A stretch of 63,821 nt of DNA, filler included, from Octopus bimaculoides (GCF_001194135.2; 6 parts of 6 records of this genome joined end to end with filler, not necessarily neighbours in it), one strand, 5' to 3'. Numbered from the whole stretch's first letter, positions 25,522 through 38,009 are shown. Translations and numbers: made by a program. The notes: a model not told the origin generated them from the letters alone.

Positions 25522-25705
25522 TCGAAAAATACCTTAGGAATGAGAACCCAGGTTCGAAATTTCCCCAAGACACCTGAAGAAGGCTGGAGGGTATATCAGC
25601 CGAAATGTTGTGTTAACAACAAACAAGATGAGGACAAATATCTGTCAAATGTAAATAATGTAAATAATGTACATAATTTCTCATCTCTTAAATATAGAAC
25701 TGTAT
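25402..25705 (+). mobile_element. tRNA-derived SINE (family E) with Penelope-like tail
   Basis: A box TGGCGTAGTGG 25408-25418, B box GTTCAATTC 25453-25461, internal (AAT)n, hammerhead-bearing tail. Confidence 0.85.
25569..25614 (+). ncRNA. Minimal type I hammerhead ribozyme motif (this copy has a stem III mutation)
   Basis: GACAC-CTGAAGA-A-GGCTG(10 nt)CAGCC-GAA-A(T/C)GT-T-GTGTT: stem I, conserved core, stem II and palindromic stem III. Confidence 0.7.
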
Positions 25706-26409
25706 TTCTTGGATCTACTTCTACAGATTCCCTCTACAGTTATAGATTGGTACTGTCCCCATTCATTATTCGTTTAATGTCCATTTTCCATGCTGGCATG
25801 GGTTGGACGATGTGACTAGAGCTGATAAGACCAGGGGGCCGCACTGGACTCTGTTGTCCGTTCTGGCCTGGTTTCCATGGCTGGATGCCCTTCCTAATGC
25901 CAACCACTCCAGGATACCTGGCTGCTATGCTGATGATGGTGATGGTAGGATTAATGGTAGTGGTGCTGTTGTTGTTGTTGTTGTTGTTGTTGCTGTCACT
26001 GTTGTTGTTGTTGGTGGTGGTGGTGTTACTGCTGCTGCTGCCACTGCTACTCAATTGTAGATCAGCCCTGACAGACAGACAAACAGACATACAGATCTTT
26101 CAGCAAAAGCTATTTCAATAACGAGAGTCTTATCTTTTTATACAGGCATTGCATACTTTGGAATACATTATCTAACATGTCATTTATGTAAGGTAGTAAG
26201 GGGTGTGATTTATGGGGGGGACTTAGCTGTTTTTTCTAGTAGCTTTGAGCAACTGCGTACGTGCTCCCTCACACATGGTGTTGTTTTATTTTACTCCAGG
26301 TCGGCTCTGATTAAGTCTAAACGATAAATAAAGTGCAGTGACACTAATGAGTCGTGAATTGATCCTCGTGCCAAATGGCAAAAAAGCAATAAACAAGAAG
26401 AATGGAAAA

Positions 26410-26850
26410 GGTGGTGGTGGTGGTGGTGGTGGTGGGTGGTGGTATGCAGCAACCAATGAAGCTGGGATGTTCAAATGGATGGAAGAACCACTTCCCAACA
26501 ATGACACACAAATGGCATCACCAACAACACCATCATCATCACGACCATCATCATCACTACCATCATGATCATCATCATCACTATCATCATCATCATCACC
26601 ACCACCACCATCGTCATCATCATCACTACCATCACCATCATCATCATTACCATCATCACTATCACTACCATCACCATCATCACCATCACTATCATCATCA
26701 ACACTACCATCACCATCATCATCACCATCATCACCATCACTACCATCACCATCATCATCACCATCATTACTACCATCACCATCATCACCATCACTATCAT
26801 CATCATCATCATCATCGTCATCATCACCATCATCATCATCATCATACTGA
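26410..26850. repeat. (GGT)n and cryptic (CAT/CAC)n low-complexity array
   Basis: Directly visible. Confidence 0.95.
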
Positions 26851-27013
26851 AATACATCAATACCAAATGATTTCATTACATCAATAACTAGAATATTGAC
26901 ACATAAAAATTGTCGAAACAAGTCAAAACACAAACATATAGGGAGACTTCAGGGGATTATTAGCAGAAAACTAAATCTGGAAACGCCTACATTTAACCAG
27001 ACCGACAGAACAT

Positions 27014-27068
<55 letters not shown>

Positions 27069-27120
27069 GCAAAAAAATTAATATAATTGGGACTTTCTCA
27101 CTTTCTGCCTTCTGTCAAGC

Positions 27121-28200
27121 ATGACCTTACTCAGAATATGTAGTGTAAATACACATGGCTTTGAGTTGCCTTGGAAGCAGGGCCACTTACTCACTGACCT
27201 CAGGTCACTAGATATAGATGTGGTGGCCATGAGCAAGACCAGAATTTACTATCCGTTAACCTTTGCACCCAATCTTGGCGGATGTAAGATTTACTTACCC
27301 CAGGATAAGAAGTAGGATTGGTAGGTAGAGTTGTTGTGTTGTTTTGGGAAGGCCTGTATTTCATGATATGGACCATTTTCTTGGACCAAAAGGTAAGTTG
27401 GCAGTACTGGACATAACCAGCAGCAAAATCTGCACCTTCAGACTAATAATTGGGCTGAATAATCAGTCTCTTTAGACATACTGTTTAATGTTTTACTTGT
27501 TTCAGTCATTTGACTGCGGCCATGCTGGATCACTGCCTTTTTAGTCGAGCAAATCGACCCCAGGACTTATTTTATGTAAGCCTAGTACTTTTTTCGAAAC
27601 GCTAAGTTACGGGGACCTAAACACACCAGCATCGGTTGTCAAGCGATGTTGGGGAGACAGACACACACATACATACATATGACAGGCTTCTTTCAATTTC
27701 CCGTCTACCAAATCCACTGACAAGGCTTTGGTTGGCCTGAGGCTATAGTAGAAGACACTTGCCCAAGGTGTAACGCAGTGGGACTGAACCCGGAACCATG
27801 TGGTTGGTAAGCAAGCTACTTACCACACAGCCACTCCTGCGCCTATGTTTCTCAAGAAACATCTGAATGTTTCTTGAGAACATCCTACTTCTTGTTGCTT
27901 GTGGGAGATTGGAATAGTAATAAATGCTTAGACTGAGTGGGGCTAGCTGGTAGAAAAGGGACAGTGCATGAACCTCACAAATCTGCTTAGATGCTTTCAA
28001 TTATCTGAAAGATATCAATTGGATTTCTTGAATGTACCAATGTGGATGTAGACAAACTGCATTGGATCATCCAGATTATATCTAGACAGAGTATTCTGTA
28101 GATCAGATTAACCATGACTGCCATCCCTTCTCCCTACAATCCTTCAGAAGGCTCTGGTACTCGGCATGTTTCTATTCAAAGTCTTGATTGCATCCTTCTT
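27121..28200 (+). mobile_element. L1/Tx1-type ORF2 AP-endonuclease fragment, interrupted by SINE B
   Basis: LRICSVNTHG..LLTDLRSLDIDVVAMSKT; resumes after the SINE with VGDWNS and TNCIGSSRLYLDRVFCR. Confidence 0.8.
27486..27843 (-). mobile_element. SINE family B, full length
   Basis: rc head GGCGCAGGAGTGGCTGTGTGG..GGTTCAGTCCC, CORE-like TTGGGCAAGTGTCTTC. Confidence 0.92.
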
Positions 28201-28239
28201 CCCATGGGGCTGGGGAAAAGAAAGAAAATAAAATAATAT

Positions 28240-28830
28240 CATAATAATCTTTTCTACTACAGGCACAAAGCCTGAAATTATGGGGGAGGGGTTAGTTGAA
28301 TACATTGACCCCAGCATTCAACTGGTACTTATTTCATCAACTCTGAAAGGATAAAAGGCAAAGCTGATCTTGGTGGAATTTAAACTCAAAATGTAAGACA
28401 GACAAAAGGCTACAAATCATTTTGCTCAATATGCTGATTCTACCAGCTTGCTGGCACTCTGTCACTTACGACGTCGAGGATTCCAGTTGATCCGATCAAC
28501 GGAACAGCCTGCTCGTGAAATTAACTTTCAAGTGGCTGAGCACTCCATAGACACGTGTACCCTTAACGTAGTTCTCGGGGATATTCAGCGTGACACAGTG
28601 TGACAAGGCTGACCCTTTGAATTACAGGCACAACAGAAACAGGAAGTGAGAGTGAGAGAAAGTTGTGGTGAAAGAGTACAGCAGGGTTCGCCACCATCCC
28701 CTGCCGGAGCCTCGTGGTGCTTTAGGTGTTTTTGCTCAATAAACACTCACAACGCCCAGTCTGGGAATCGAAACCGTGATCCTATGACTGCGAGTCCGCT
28801 GCCCTAACCACTGGGCCATTGCGCCTCCAC
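28240..28830 (-). mobile_element. SINE family C (28455-28830) joined to the head of a SINE A (28240-28455)
   Basis: 28455-28830 is the reverse complement of 58163-58551. Confidence 0.9.
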
Positions 28831-28914
28831 CTTCAAATAATAATAAGATAATATAAAATAAAAGAATATGTCAACTAATCTAAACTTGTCTCTTCTGCTT
28901 TACCGTTTTGTCAG

Positions 28915-29184
28915 GAATCATCACACCTGAAGATGAATTTCAATTTTGGAATGATGTTAGTGTTTCAAGCCACTCACCTGAAGATTGCAAGAGAGCTAGA
29001 TACTTCCAAGATCTATTCCAACCTATCTGCAAAGATTATGGTAACGGCTTAGACTGTCTGGAAATGCAAAATGTTCTGGAGCTGATTGAAACAACTCAAG
29101 ATATTCTGGATGATGTTTGGAAGCAGACTGAATTTGAACCTGTGTATCCAGAAAAACGAATGAGACATTTAATGGAAGTTATTG
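28915..29184 (+). CDS. DYNC2H1: Cytoplasmic dynein 2 heavy chain 1, N-terminal tail exon (270 bp, phase 1-1)
   Basis: GIITPEDEFQFW..ETTQDILDDVWKQTEFEPVYPEKRMRHLMEVI aligns to recalled human GILTPSDEFQFW..ETTQDVVDDVWRQTEHDHYPESRMLHLLDII; ttttgtcag acceptor, G|gttagt donor. Confidence 0.93.
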
Positions 29185-29409
29185 GTTAGTTTAGACTTAC
29201 AATTGTTTTCTCTTTCTTCTTTTTTGTTTGTGTTTTTGTTCTGTTTTGTTTCAACAGGGCTGTGTAGTAAGAAGTTTGCTTCCCAACCACATGGTTCCTG
29301 GTTCAGTCTCACTACATTTGCATCTTAGGCAAGTGTCTTCAATAACTCCCAGCTGATTAATGCTTTGTGAGTGAGTTTGGTAGATGGAAACTGAAAGAGA
29401 CCATTCTGT

Positions 29410-29445
<36 letters not shown>

Positions 29446-29448
<3 letters not shown>

Positions 29449-29650
29449 AGGGAATGCTGAGAAATTCCTGGCTTTGGGTAAAAAGAAAATACAGGAGTAT
29501 CAGTTAATTATGATTTTGTTCAACATATCCCCCCTCTCAGATTCATGCACTTGTGACAGCGATCCTTTAGTTTTTCCAAGCCCTATAAAAGAACTCAGAA
29601 GGTTGGGCCTTCAACCAGGCCTTTTGTGATACCCTTAAAGCCAGGACCGA
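29446..29650. mobile_element. Mariner-derived MITE
   Basis: Ends GAGGGAATGCTGAGAAATTCCTGGCTTT / TACCCTTAAAGCCAGGA; homolog at 54679-54850. Confidence 0.6.
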
Positions 29651-30084
29651 CTTCGTGCAAACATGAAGGCACACTGGCAGAAAACTTCTCCTTTAAATAG
29701 AAACCTTACCTGTCATTGTGGTTTTGTGGCATGAAACAAAACAGGCCTTGCCATCCACTCAAGAAAACACAAAGTAAATGAACCACAAGCGCTCAGGCAA
29801 ACTGAGTCCTCAACTTGTTCCAAAGGGTTTGCAAGGCACCAACAGGCCTCAAGAGGCACACTTGGTGTCCATAGAATAATGATTAAGGCTTTATTTTACT
29901 GAACCCTCATCTGTCATTAAAGACAAGAGAATCCATCATCATATATATGTGTGTATGTATGTATGTATGTATGTATGTATATGTACATATGTGTATGTAT
30001 ATAAATATGCTTATATATGTATTATATGTGTGTGTATGTATGCACGTACATATGTATGTATATACACACAAATACTCATACACA

Positions 30085-30500
30085 TACACACAGCACAGAT
30101 GCGGTTGTGTGGTAGGAAGCCTTGTGAGTGAGTAGATTTGATTGACAGAAACTGAAAGAAGCCTGTTATATGTAGACATGTGTGTGTGTGTGTGTGCATG
30201 TGTGGACTTGCATGTGTGTGTGTGTGTGCATGTTACTGTCTCCTTGCCTTGACATCTCGTGGTAGTTGTAAACGAATGTGATCATCAATCAAGCAGTATC
30301 CTTTGTTTCCAATCTTCTGTGAAAACATGTCCGGCCACAGATCGAATACTACTTCACTTGGAAACGGGTGGGGGTTGGTGACAGGAGGAGCATCCGGCCT
30401 TAGAAAATCTGCCTCAACAAATTCCATCTGCCACGTGCAACCATGGAAGAATGGACATTAAAAGCAGTTATGACGGTGATGATGATGATGGTGATGATAA
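30085..30500 (+). mobile_element. SINE with family-B head and RTE-type tail
   Basis: GCGGTTGTGTGGTAGGAAGC head (partly deleted), (TG)n, then GCATCCGGCCTTAGAAA..CATGGAAGAATGGACATTAAA..(GAT)n. Confidence 0.65.
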
Positions 30501-31734
30501 TGATAGTAATTCTGTTTCATTCACCACAACTCCGTCTGACCAGAAATGACTAAATCAGTCCAGCAAACAATTCACGGAAATCACTATTTATTATGAGTCA
30601 TTGCTTCATTATATTCTATCAATAAACAGGCGACGTGAGTCAGCCATAAGTTGATTTATTTCATAAGCCATTGGCTTCATACTCACGACACACTTTCTTC
30701 TTGTGATAATCTTTGAAATCTACTTCCAACTTCAACATTCACAATTTATCCTCAACAGACCTGGCTGTGTGGAGGTGCTGGCATGGATGTTGATAAAAAG
30801 GTTGCTTCTTGACCTCGTGGTTCTGGGTTCAGTCCCACACTGTGGAAACTTGGACAAGTGTCTTCTGCTATAGTTCCGGGCCAACCAAAGCTTTGTGAAA
30901 GGATTTGGTGGTTGGAAACTGAAAGAAGCCAGTCTTATATCATCGTCATCATCATCATCATCATTGTTTAACATCTGCCTTCCATGCTGGCATGGGTTGG
31001 ACGGTTTAACAGGAGCCAGCTAGGTAGAAGACTGCACCAGACTTCTATGTCTGTTTTGGCATGGCTTTTACAGTTGGATGCCCTTCCGAACACCAACCAC
31101 CTCACAGATTGGTGGAGTGCTTTTTACGTAGCACCAGCACAGGTGAGGTCAGTTTTGGCATGGTTTTACAGCTGGATGCCCTCCGGTATTCAAGTACTAT
31201 TTTTACTAGTTTTGCTTCTTACGGAAACCTGTCTTTATAATCCAAGCCCAAACAGGAACATTCTGTAAGTATTCTGCAAAATTCTAAGTGAGATGGAGTT
31301 GAATCAAACTGTTTTAAATAATACTATATATATATATGTATATGTGAGAGAGAGAGACAGACAGAAAGTTTGTTTCCCTACCACTTGACAGCCAGTGATG
31401 GTTTGCTATATCTCTTTAACTTAGCTGTTGGGCAAAAGAGACTGATCATTGCAGACTTTACGGAAAATAAGTACTGAGGTGCCACACGAAAAGCTACAAG
31501 ACAATGCATGATTAATTCAAAATTACGTGAATACATAAGCATCACATTTGATAGAATAATTCAAATACTTAAGGGTTAATCACATAGATTATCTTTCCTT
31601 GTTGACTTGTCTATCCATTAATTATCTATAAGTGGATGAAGGGAGGGTTTAATCATTTGTTCAGAGTAACGAATATCTTAATTAATTTCCATGATTAATG
31701 GTTTTGTTTCTTTTTCTCTCTTTCCCAATTCCAG

Positions 31735-31967
31735 CATCTTCCATTGCTCGCTACGTGAAGAAGAAACTTGCTGATGAAGACATTTGGTACGGCTGTTACT
31801 CGAATGTATGTCAAGTTCTTCAGTCTGGCATTACCATCTGCGAGTCTTGGATTAACATCTGTGAATCTTTCACTGTCCACTTGTGGAAACGGTATGTTCA
31901 ACATCCATGGGCTGGCAGCAAATTTGTTCCGGCTGACCTTTCACAACTTGCTGAGAGAATAAATGAG
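31735..31967 (+). CDS. DYNC2H1: Cytoplasmic dynein 2 heavy chain 1, next exon (233 bp, phase 1-0)
   Basis: ASSIARYVKKKL..GITICESWINICESFTVHLWKRYVQHPW..LAERINE aligns to recalled human GSFGRFVQKKL..GISICEQW..WQRYVPHPW..LGKRLEE; polypyrimidine tract + ccag, GAG|gtttgt; phase matches the previous exon. Confidence 0.93.
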
Positions 31968-32037
31968 GTTTGTAATTAATAATGAACTAACAACAAAAAA
32001 AAAATCTTTCATTTATATACACTAACATTGTATAAAT

Positions 32038-32436
32038 AGGTGCAAGTGTGGCTCAGTGGTAAGGGGCTTGCTTCCCAACCACATGGCTCCAGGTTCAGTC
32101 CCACTGCATGGCCTTTTGAGCAAGTGTCTTATACTATAGCCTCAGACCCAACCAAAGAATTGCAAGTAGATTCGGTAGACGGAAACTGAAAGAAGCCTGT
32201 CGTATATATGTGTGTGTCTTTGTGTCCATGTTTGTCCTCTCTACTGCTTGACAGCTGGTGTTTGTGTGTTTACATTCCAGTAACCTTGCAGTTCAACAAA
32301 AGATACTGATAGAATAAGTACCAGGCTTTAAAATAAAAAAAAGTCCTAAGGTCAATTTGTTCAACTAAAACTCTTCAGGGTGGTGCCCAGCATGGCCGCA
32401 GTGAAATGACTGAAACAAGTAAAAGATAAAAGATAT
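32038..32436 (+). mobile_element. SINE family B
   Basis: Full-length similarity to 27486-27843 (reverse complement). Confidence 0.9.
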
Positions 32437-32937
32437 ATACCATTATAGACACCACTATGCAGGTGGTGAGCAGGCAAAATCATAGGCATACCAGACAAAA
32501 TGCTTAGAGGCATTTCATCCATCTTTACATTGTGAGTTCAAATTCTGCTGAGGTCAATACTGCCTTTCACCCTTCCAGGGACGCTACAATAATTACCATT
32601 TAAGCACTGGGGTTAATGTAACCGACTTGCCCTCTCCCAAAAATGTTAGGTCTTGTTCCTATTGTAAAAAAGGATATATACACCTCTATTATTACACTAC
32701 CATTATATATAGACCAACGTTATATACAGTGCTATCAATTATTTACATTTGACGGATATTTGTCCTCATCTCGTTTGTTGTTAACACAACATTTGCAGAA
32801 ACACCAGTAAGCTAATGTAGTGCATCACATAATTGTTTATTCCTTTGTCATCCCAATTTCTTATAACTACTCTGTTCTGAAATATGTATATTGAGTTCTA
32901 ACACAAAGTTATTAATATTGCAATGCCTAAATGAAAT

Positions 32938-32970
<33 letters not shown>

Positions 32971-33114
32971 NNNNNNNNNNNNNNNNNNNNNNNNNNNNNN
33001 NNNNNNNNNNNNNNTTAATTAATTAANNNNNNNNNNNNNNNNNNNNNNNNNNNNNNNNNNNNNNNNNNNNATATATATATATATATATATATATATATCC
33101 ATATATATATATAC

Positions 33115-33325
33115 ATGTATGTGTGTTTGAGTGTCTGTGTTTGTCCCCCACCATCGCTTGACAACCGATGCTTGTGTGTTTACATACCCGTAACTTAGCG
33201 ATTCGGCAAAAAGAGACCGATAGGATAGGTACTAGGCTTACAAAGAATAAGTCCTGGGGTCGATTTTCTCGACTAAAGGTGGTGCTCCAGCATGGCCGCA
33301 GTCAAATGACTGAAGCAAGTAAACA
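33115..33325 (+). mobile_element. SINE family B, 3' half
   Basis: High identity to family B. Confidence 0.9.
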
Positions 33326-34530
33326 CTGTAATGCATTAACGCTGGGCAAAGAAGTTCAACAAGTCAGGAATATTTTATGAATTATATTCCAGACGCTGAT
33401 TCACTGCATTTAACTTTTCGTCAAAGCATGCAGTGTAGCTCTCCGCTAGACGTCTACAATGAATATAACTAATAACCGACACTCTATCAGTTACGATTGC
33501 TAGGGTTCCAGTTGATTCAATCAACAGAACAGCCTGCTCGTGAAATTAACGTGCAAGTGGCTGAGTCCTCCACAGACACGTGGGAGAGCAGCGTGACACA
33601 GAATGTGACAAGGCTGGCCCTTAAAAATACTGGTACTGCTCGTTTTTTGCCAGTTGGTAGACTGGAGCAAGATGAAATAAAGCGTCATTCCCAGAGATAC
33701 AATGCTTCGCTGGTAATTGAATTCATGACCTTAAGCTAACCACTAAACCACGCGCCTTCACTACACTGTATATATAACTAGCAAGACCGTTCTGTGGAGG
33801 ATTCCCCGCCGTTTGACCGGCTACATGTGTGCTTGGAACTGTTCCATGATGGCTGACTTTGGGCTACATGATAGCAAGAACAACCTCGTTAAACATCACA
33901 TTGTTCTTGTCTTCAACAATGCGATCAGTTTCGTTTGACTTAGGAGTTTTTTATAACATATGTGGACAGTAGAAGGGGAGGGCATGAAACTTTTATTTTG
34001 CCCATCGTTATTTTTCCCGAAACCCCATGAGTAAGGAAATTCGGAATTATTACATTCCCTTTCATTTTTTTGTTTTTTTTTATCTATTTGTTTATGTAAT
34101 TATTTATTCATTTATGTAATTATTTATTNNNNNNNNNNNNNNNNNNNNNNNNNNNNNNNNNNNNNNNNNNNNNNNNNNNNNNNNNNNNNNNNNNNNNNNN
34201 NNNNNNNNNNNNNNNNNNNNNNNNNNNNNNNNNNNNNNNNNNNNNNNNNNNNNNNNNNNNNNNNNNNNNNNNNNNNNNNNNNNNNNNNNNNNNNNNNNNN
34301 NNNNNNNNNNNNNNNNNNNNNNNNNNNNNNNNNNNNNNNNNNNNNNNNNNNNNNNNNNNNNNNNNNNNNNNNNNNNNNNNNNNNNNNNNNNNNNNNNNNN
34401 NNNNNNNNNNNNNNNNNNNNNNNNNNNNNNNNNNNNNNNNNNNNNNNNNNNNNNNNNNNNNNNNNNNNNNNNNNNNNNNNNNNNNNNNNNNNNNNNNNNN
34501 NNNNNNNNNNNNNNNTATATATATATATAT

Positions 34531-34590
<60 letters not shown>

Positions 34591-36524
34591 AGCGTTACTA
34601 AATTGTGTCTATTCTCACGTTTGCTGTTTCATTGTACAAAGAAAAAGTAGTATAAAAGAAGCGTAAGAAGTTCTGTTTTATTTAAATTGAAATAAGAAGA
34701 AAATCGAAAGGATTAAAAATATATACAGCATAAAGCGAGAATGTGTAAATTTGATTGGAAAACACAATAAAAAACATTGGAAGCCAGAAATAAAACAATA
34801 TTTAGTGGTTTGGTAAAATTGAGTAGACGTTTGTAAATAAATTAGACCATACGTAGGTTTCTTGTATGTAGACGTTAATCTGTCAGAATGCTATAAAATG
34901 TTACAACCATTTGCAAAATAAAAGAAAAACAAAAAAAAGTGATGGGTTTTGTGTGTTATACATGTGTGTCTTATAGCTACCGTATGTGTTTGTATATGTG
35001 TGCGGCTATTATTTCTTAAAATATTTTCTATGTGGAGGTTAAGTTGTTTGAAACACAGACATGACGACAGAGATTAATATGAATTCCTAGAGGCGAGGAA
35101 GGCAAGTTGACAGCTATTATTGAACGCCAGGCTAAATGCCTCGAAGTATTTAGTTTCTTTCGTATATTTTCTCGACTTCAAGACCGCTAGAGTCGATGCT
35201 ATTCTTCACTCTTCTAAGGTATGTAGGGTTAAAAAAAAGGAACTATATTGCACTGAGATCATTTCCTTACACTTACAAATAAACTTTATTTTATGGAGTC
35301 AAAAAATATATTGCCGTCAATTTCTTGGTGACACGGACGAAAATAAGGTTTTTCTTTCTGTTAATCTTTTTTCTTGCTATGGAAATTGATTCCTTATATC
35401 CAAACCAGTCATGGCCAAACTGTGGCTCTCCAGATTTTCTAAATAGCATTCCAATAAAAACTTACCCTGAATTTTTTAGTAGTATGGTCCGTTTGATGAT
35501 GGTTCATGTCTCATGTGGCTCGTTTCTCGTAAAAGATTGCCCTTGCCAGATCCAAGCTTAAAGCAAATTCTTTTAAGGAAGGCCGGGTATCTAAATCGCC
35601 CCAGGTGTCTCTATCGTTATCACTAATAAATACAGTATTCAACTACGCCTGCACAGACTATATTTAATACTGATTCATTTAATTTGTTGTGTTTAGGTTA
35701 GCTATATCTTCCTATCTAGAACCACGAAGATATAAAAACTTTGTTCCACTAACAAAAAAAGTGAATGCGTGTGGCTTAGTGCTTAGAGTGTTGGACTCAT
35801 GATTGTAAGATTCCTGAACAGGTTGATGTATTGTGTTCTTGTACAAAGTACTTCATTTCATACTGTTCTAGTTCACTCAACATTCAAAAATGAGTATTCC
35901 TGCGACTAACCGGCGTCCTGGCTAATGAGGGTGGGGAGTATATGCGCCAGAGACTCCGGGAAACCATCTCTATCAGTCTGTATTACTCAGAAAGGAACTT
36001 TATCCTTCTTTTGCCTCCTACAACTACGACTGATGATTCCATTGAAAATAGCTGTGCGACTCCTTCAAGGAAAATTGTAATAAATTTCTCACAATATCTG
36101 TAGTTTATGGTGAGTCGAATTTCATAAAGACGTAATTGAAAATTTAAAGATCGCATACATTCTAAGTAAGGCGAGCCTCGTTTACTCCATATTTGACCCA
36201 GTTTGTCACCACAAAACTGTAACCTCGATGAGGTTTATGTATTACCTCAGCTTTAGCTATGTAATATCCCGCACACTAATATCTGCTTAAATCTGTATAT
36301 AAACACACGCACACACATGCATTCATCAATTTATTACACTGAGTAACATAATTGTTGTCTTTGGGTAGCAACTATTATTTCCTATTTGCTTACCCCTAGA
36401 AAGTTTGAGATACGGCTAATAGTTACTTCAAATTTTGCTTTTCTTATCATATTCGAACCCCAAAGAAACCCTCCCGAAATATGGCCATAAGGCTTCCCAA
36501 CTATTCATGATCAGAGATGTACGT

Positions 36525-36972
36525 ATTCTGTCCTACTCTAGGCACAAGGCTCGAAATTTGTGGGGAGAGGGCCAGTCGATTAGATCGATCTCAGTACGCA
36601 ACTGTTGTTTAATTTATCGACCCCGAAAGGATGAAAGGCAAAGTCGACTTCGATGGAATTTGAACTCAGAACATAAAGACAGACGAAATACCGTAAAGCA
36701 TTTCGCCCGACGTGTAACGTTTCTAGTTTCTTTATTGCCCACAAGGGGCTAAACATAGAGGGGACAAACAGGGACAGACAAACAGGGACAGACAAAGGGA
36801 TTAAGTCGAGTACATCGACGCCAGTGCGTAACTGGTACTTAATTTATCGACTCCGAAAGGATGAAAGGCAAAGTCGACCTCGGCGGAATTTGAACTCAGA
36901 ACGTAACGGCAGACGAAATACCGATAAGCATTTCGCCCGGTATGCTAACGTTTCGGCCAGCTCGCTGCCTTA
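36525..36972 (-). mobile_element. Two tandem SINE A copies with different tails
   Basis: Central domain appears twice; the AGGCACAAGG-tailed copy lacks its head where the GGGCAATAAAG-tailed copy ends. Confidence 0.9.
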
Positions 36973-37812
36973 AGAAATGCACATATTGTCGGCCATTAAA
37001 GGATATGCTCAAGTGGTTAAGGTCAAGCAATTGACAAGCAAATCTCTGGTATTGAGCAGAATATTTGCTATAACGATACTTCTCTTTCAGATACTCAGCG
37101 CTGAATCTGTCTGAAATGTAATGGAAAATAGACCAGCCTCAACCCATTGACGTCCATGTCACAAAAGCAAACTTTGAAGCGAATAGTAGTCATTTCTTTT
37201 GATTTCTAGATAGAAGCAAATAGGAAATAACACTTACTGACCAAAGTAAAAAGAAATTTTCTTAGTGTTATTTGATATTGTTTGTTAACTTGTGGAAAAC
37301 AACAAAATATTTACTGATGGCTGAACTCTACACAGTTAATAGAGTAAATATAGTGGATAGTGATTTGATGGGACTTAAATTTTTGACTTTAGCTGCTTAT
37401 TTAACCAGTCTCCTTGAATAAGTTAAAACAATCAATACTATGAATATATATGTATTATATAAGAATTAAATATAAATGTGTGAGTGTATGTGTATTTTAT
37501 GAACTATACTGCGTGTGTGTATGTATAGAAGTGTATATTAGGCAACAGATTGGGAAAACCATTAGAAAATGCTTTGTGGTATTTAGTTACGTCCCTTTAA
37601 GTTCTAGATTTGATATTTCACTCGAATCGATAAAATAAAATAAAGCCTCTAGTCAAGCAATTGATTACATTTATCCGCTTTGGTGCGTGTATACATAAAT
37701 AATGTGTGTATGTGCGCGCGTGTGTGTGTCTGTTTATGTGTATGTGTACGTATGTATATAAATATATATATATATATATATGTTTGCTTATGTATATATA
37801 TACATCGATGTT

Positions 37813-37855
<43 letters not shown>

Positions 37856-37952
37856 NNNNNNNNNNNNNNNNNNNNNNNNNNNNNNNNNNNNNNNNNNNNN
37901 NNNNNNNNNNNNNNNNNNNNNNNNNNNNNNNNNNNNNNNNNNNNNNNNNNNN

Positions 37953-38009
<57 letters not shown>

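Larger units (their letters stand above)
24780..25745 (-). mobile_element. RTE LINE 3' end, split by the SINE pair at 25227-25705
   Basis: ITVEGICRSRS..DEVVRKDLQMLGLTEEMTR..VLEKMHRAK* followed by the RTE 3' UTR and (GAT)n. Confidence 0.85.

Noticed and set aside
26286-26933. Long poly-His, poly-Asp and poly-Met ORFs
   Set aside because: All frames are translations of a CAT/CAC microsatellite; no splice or codon evidence.
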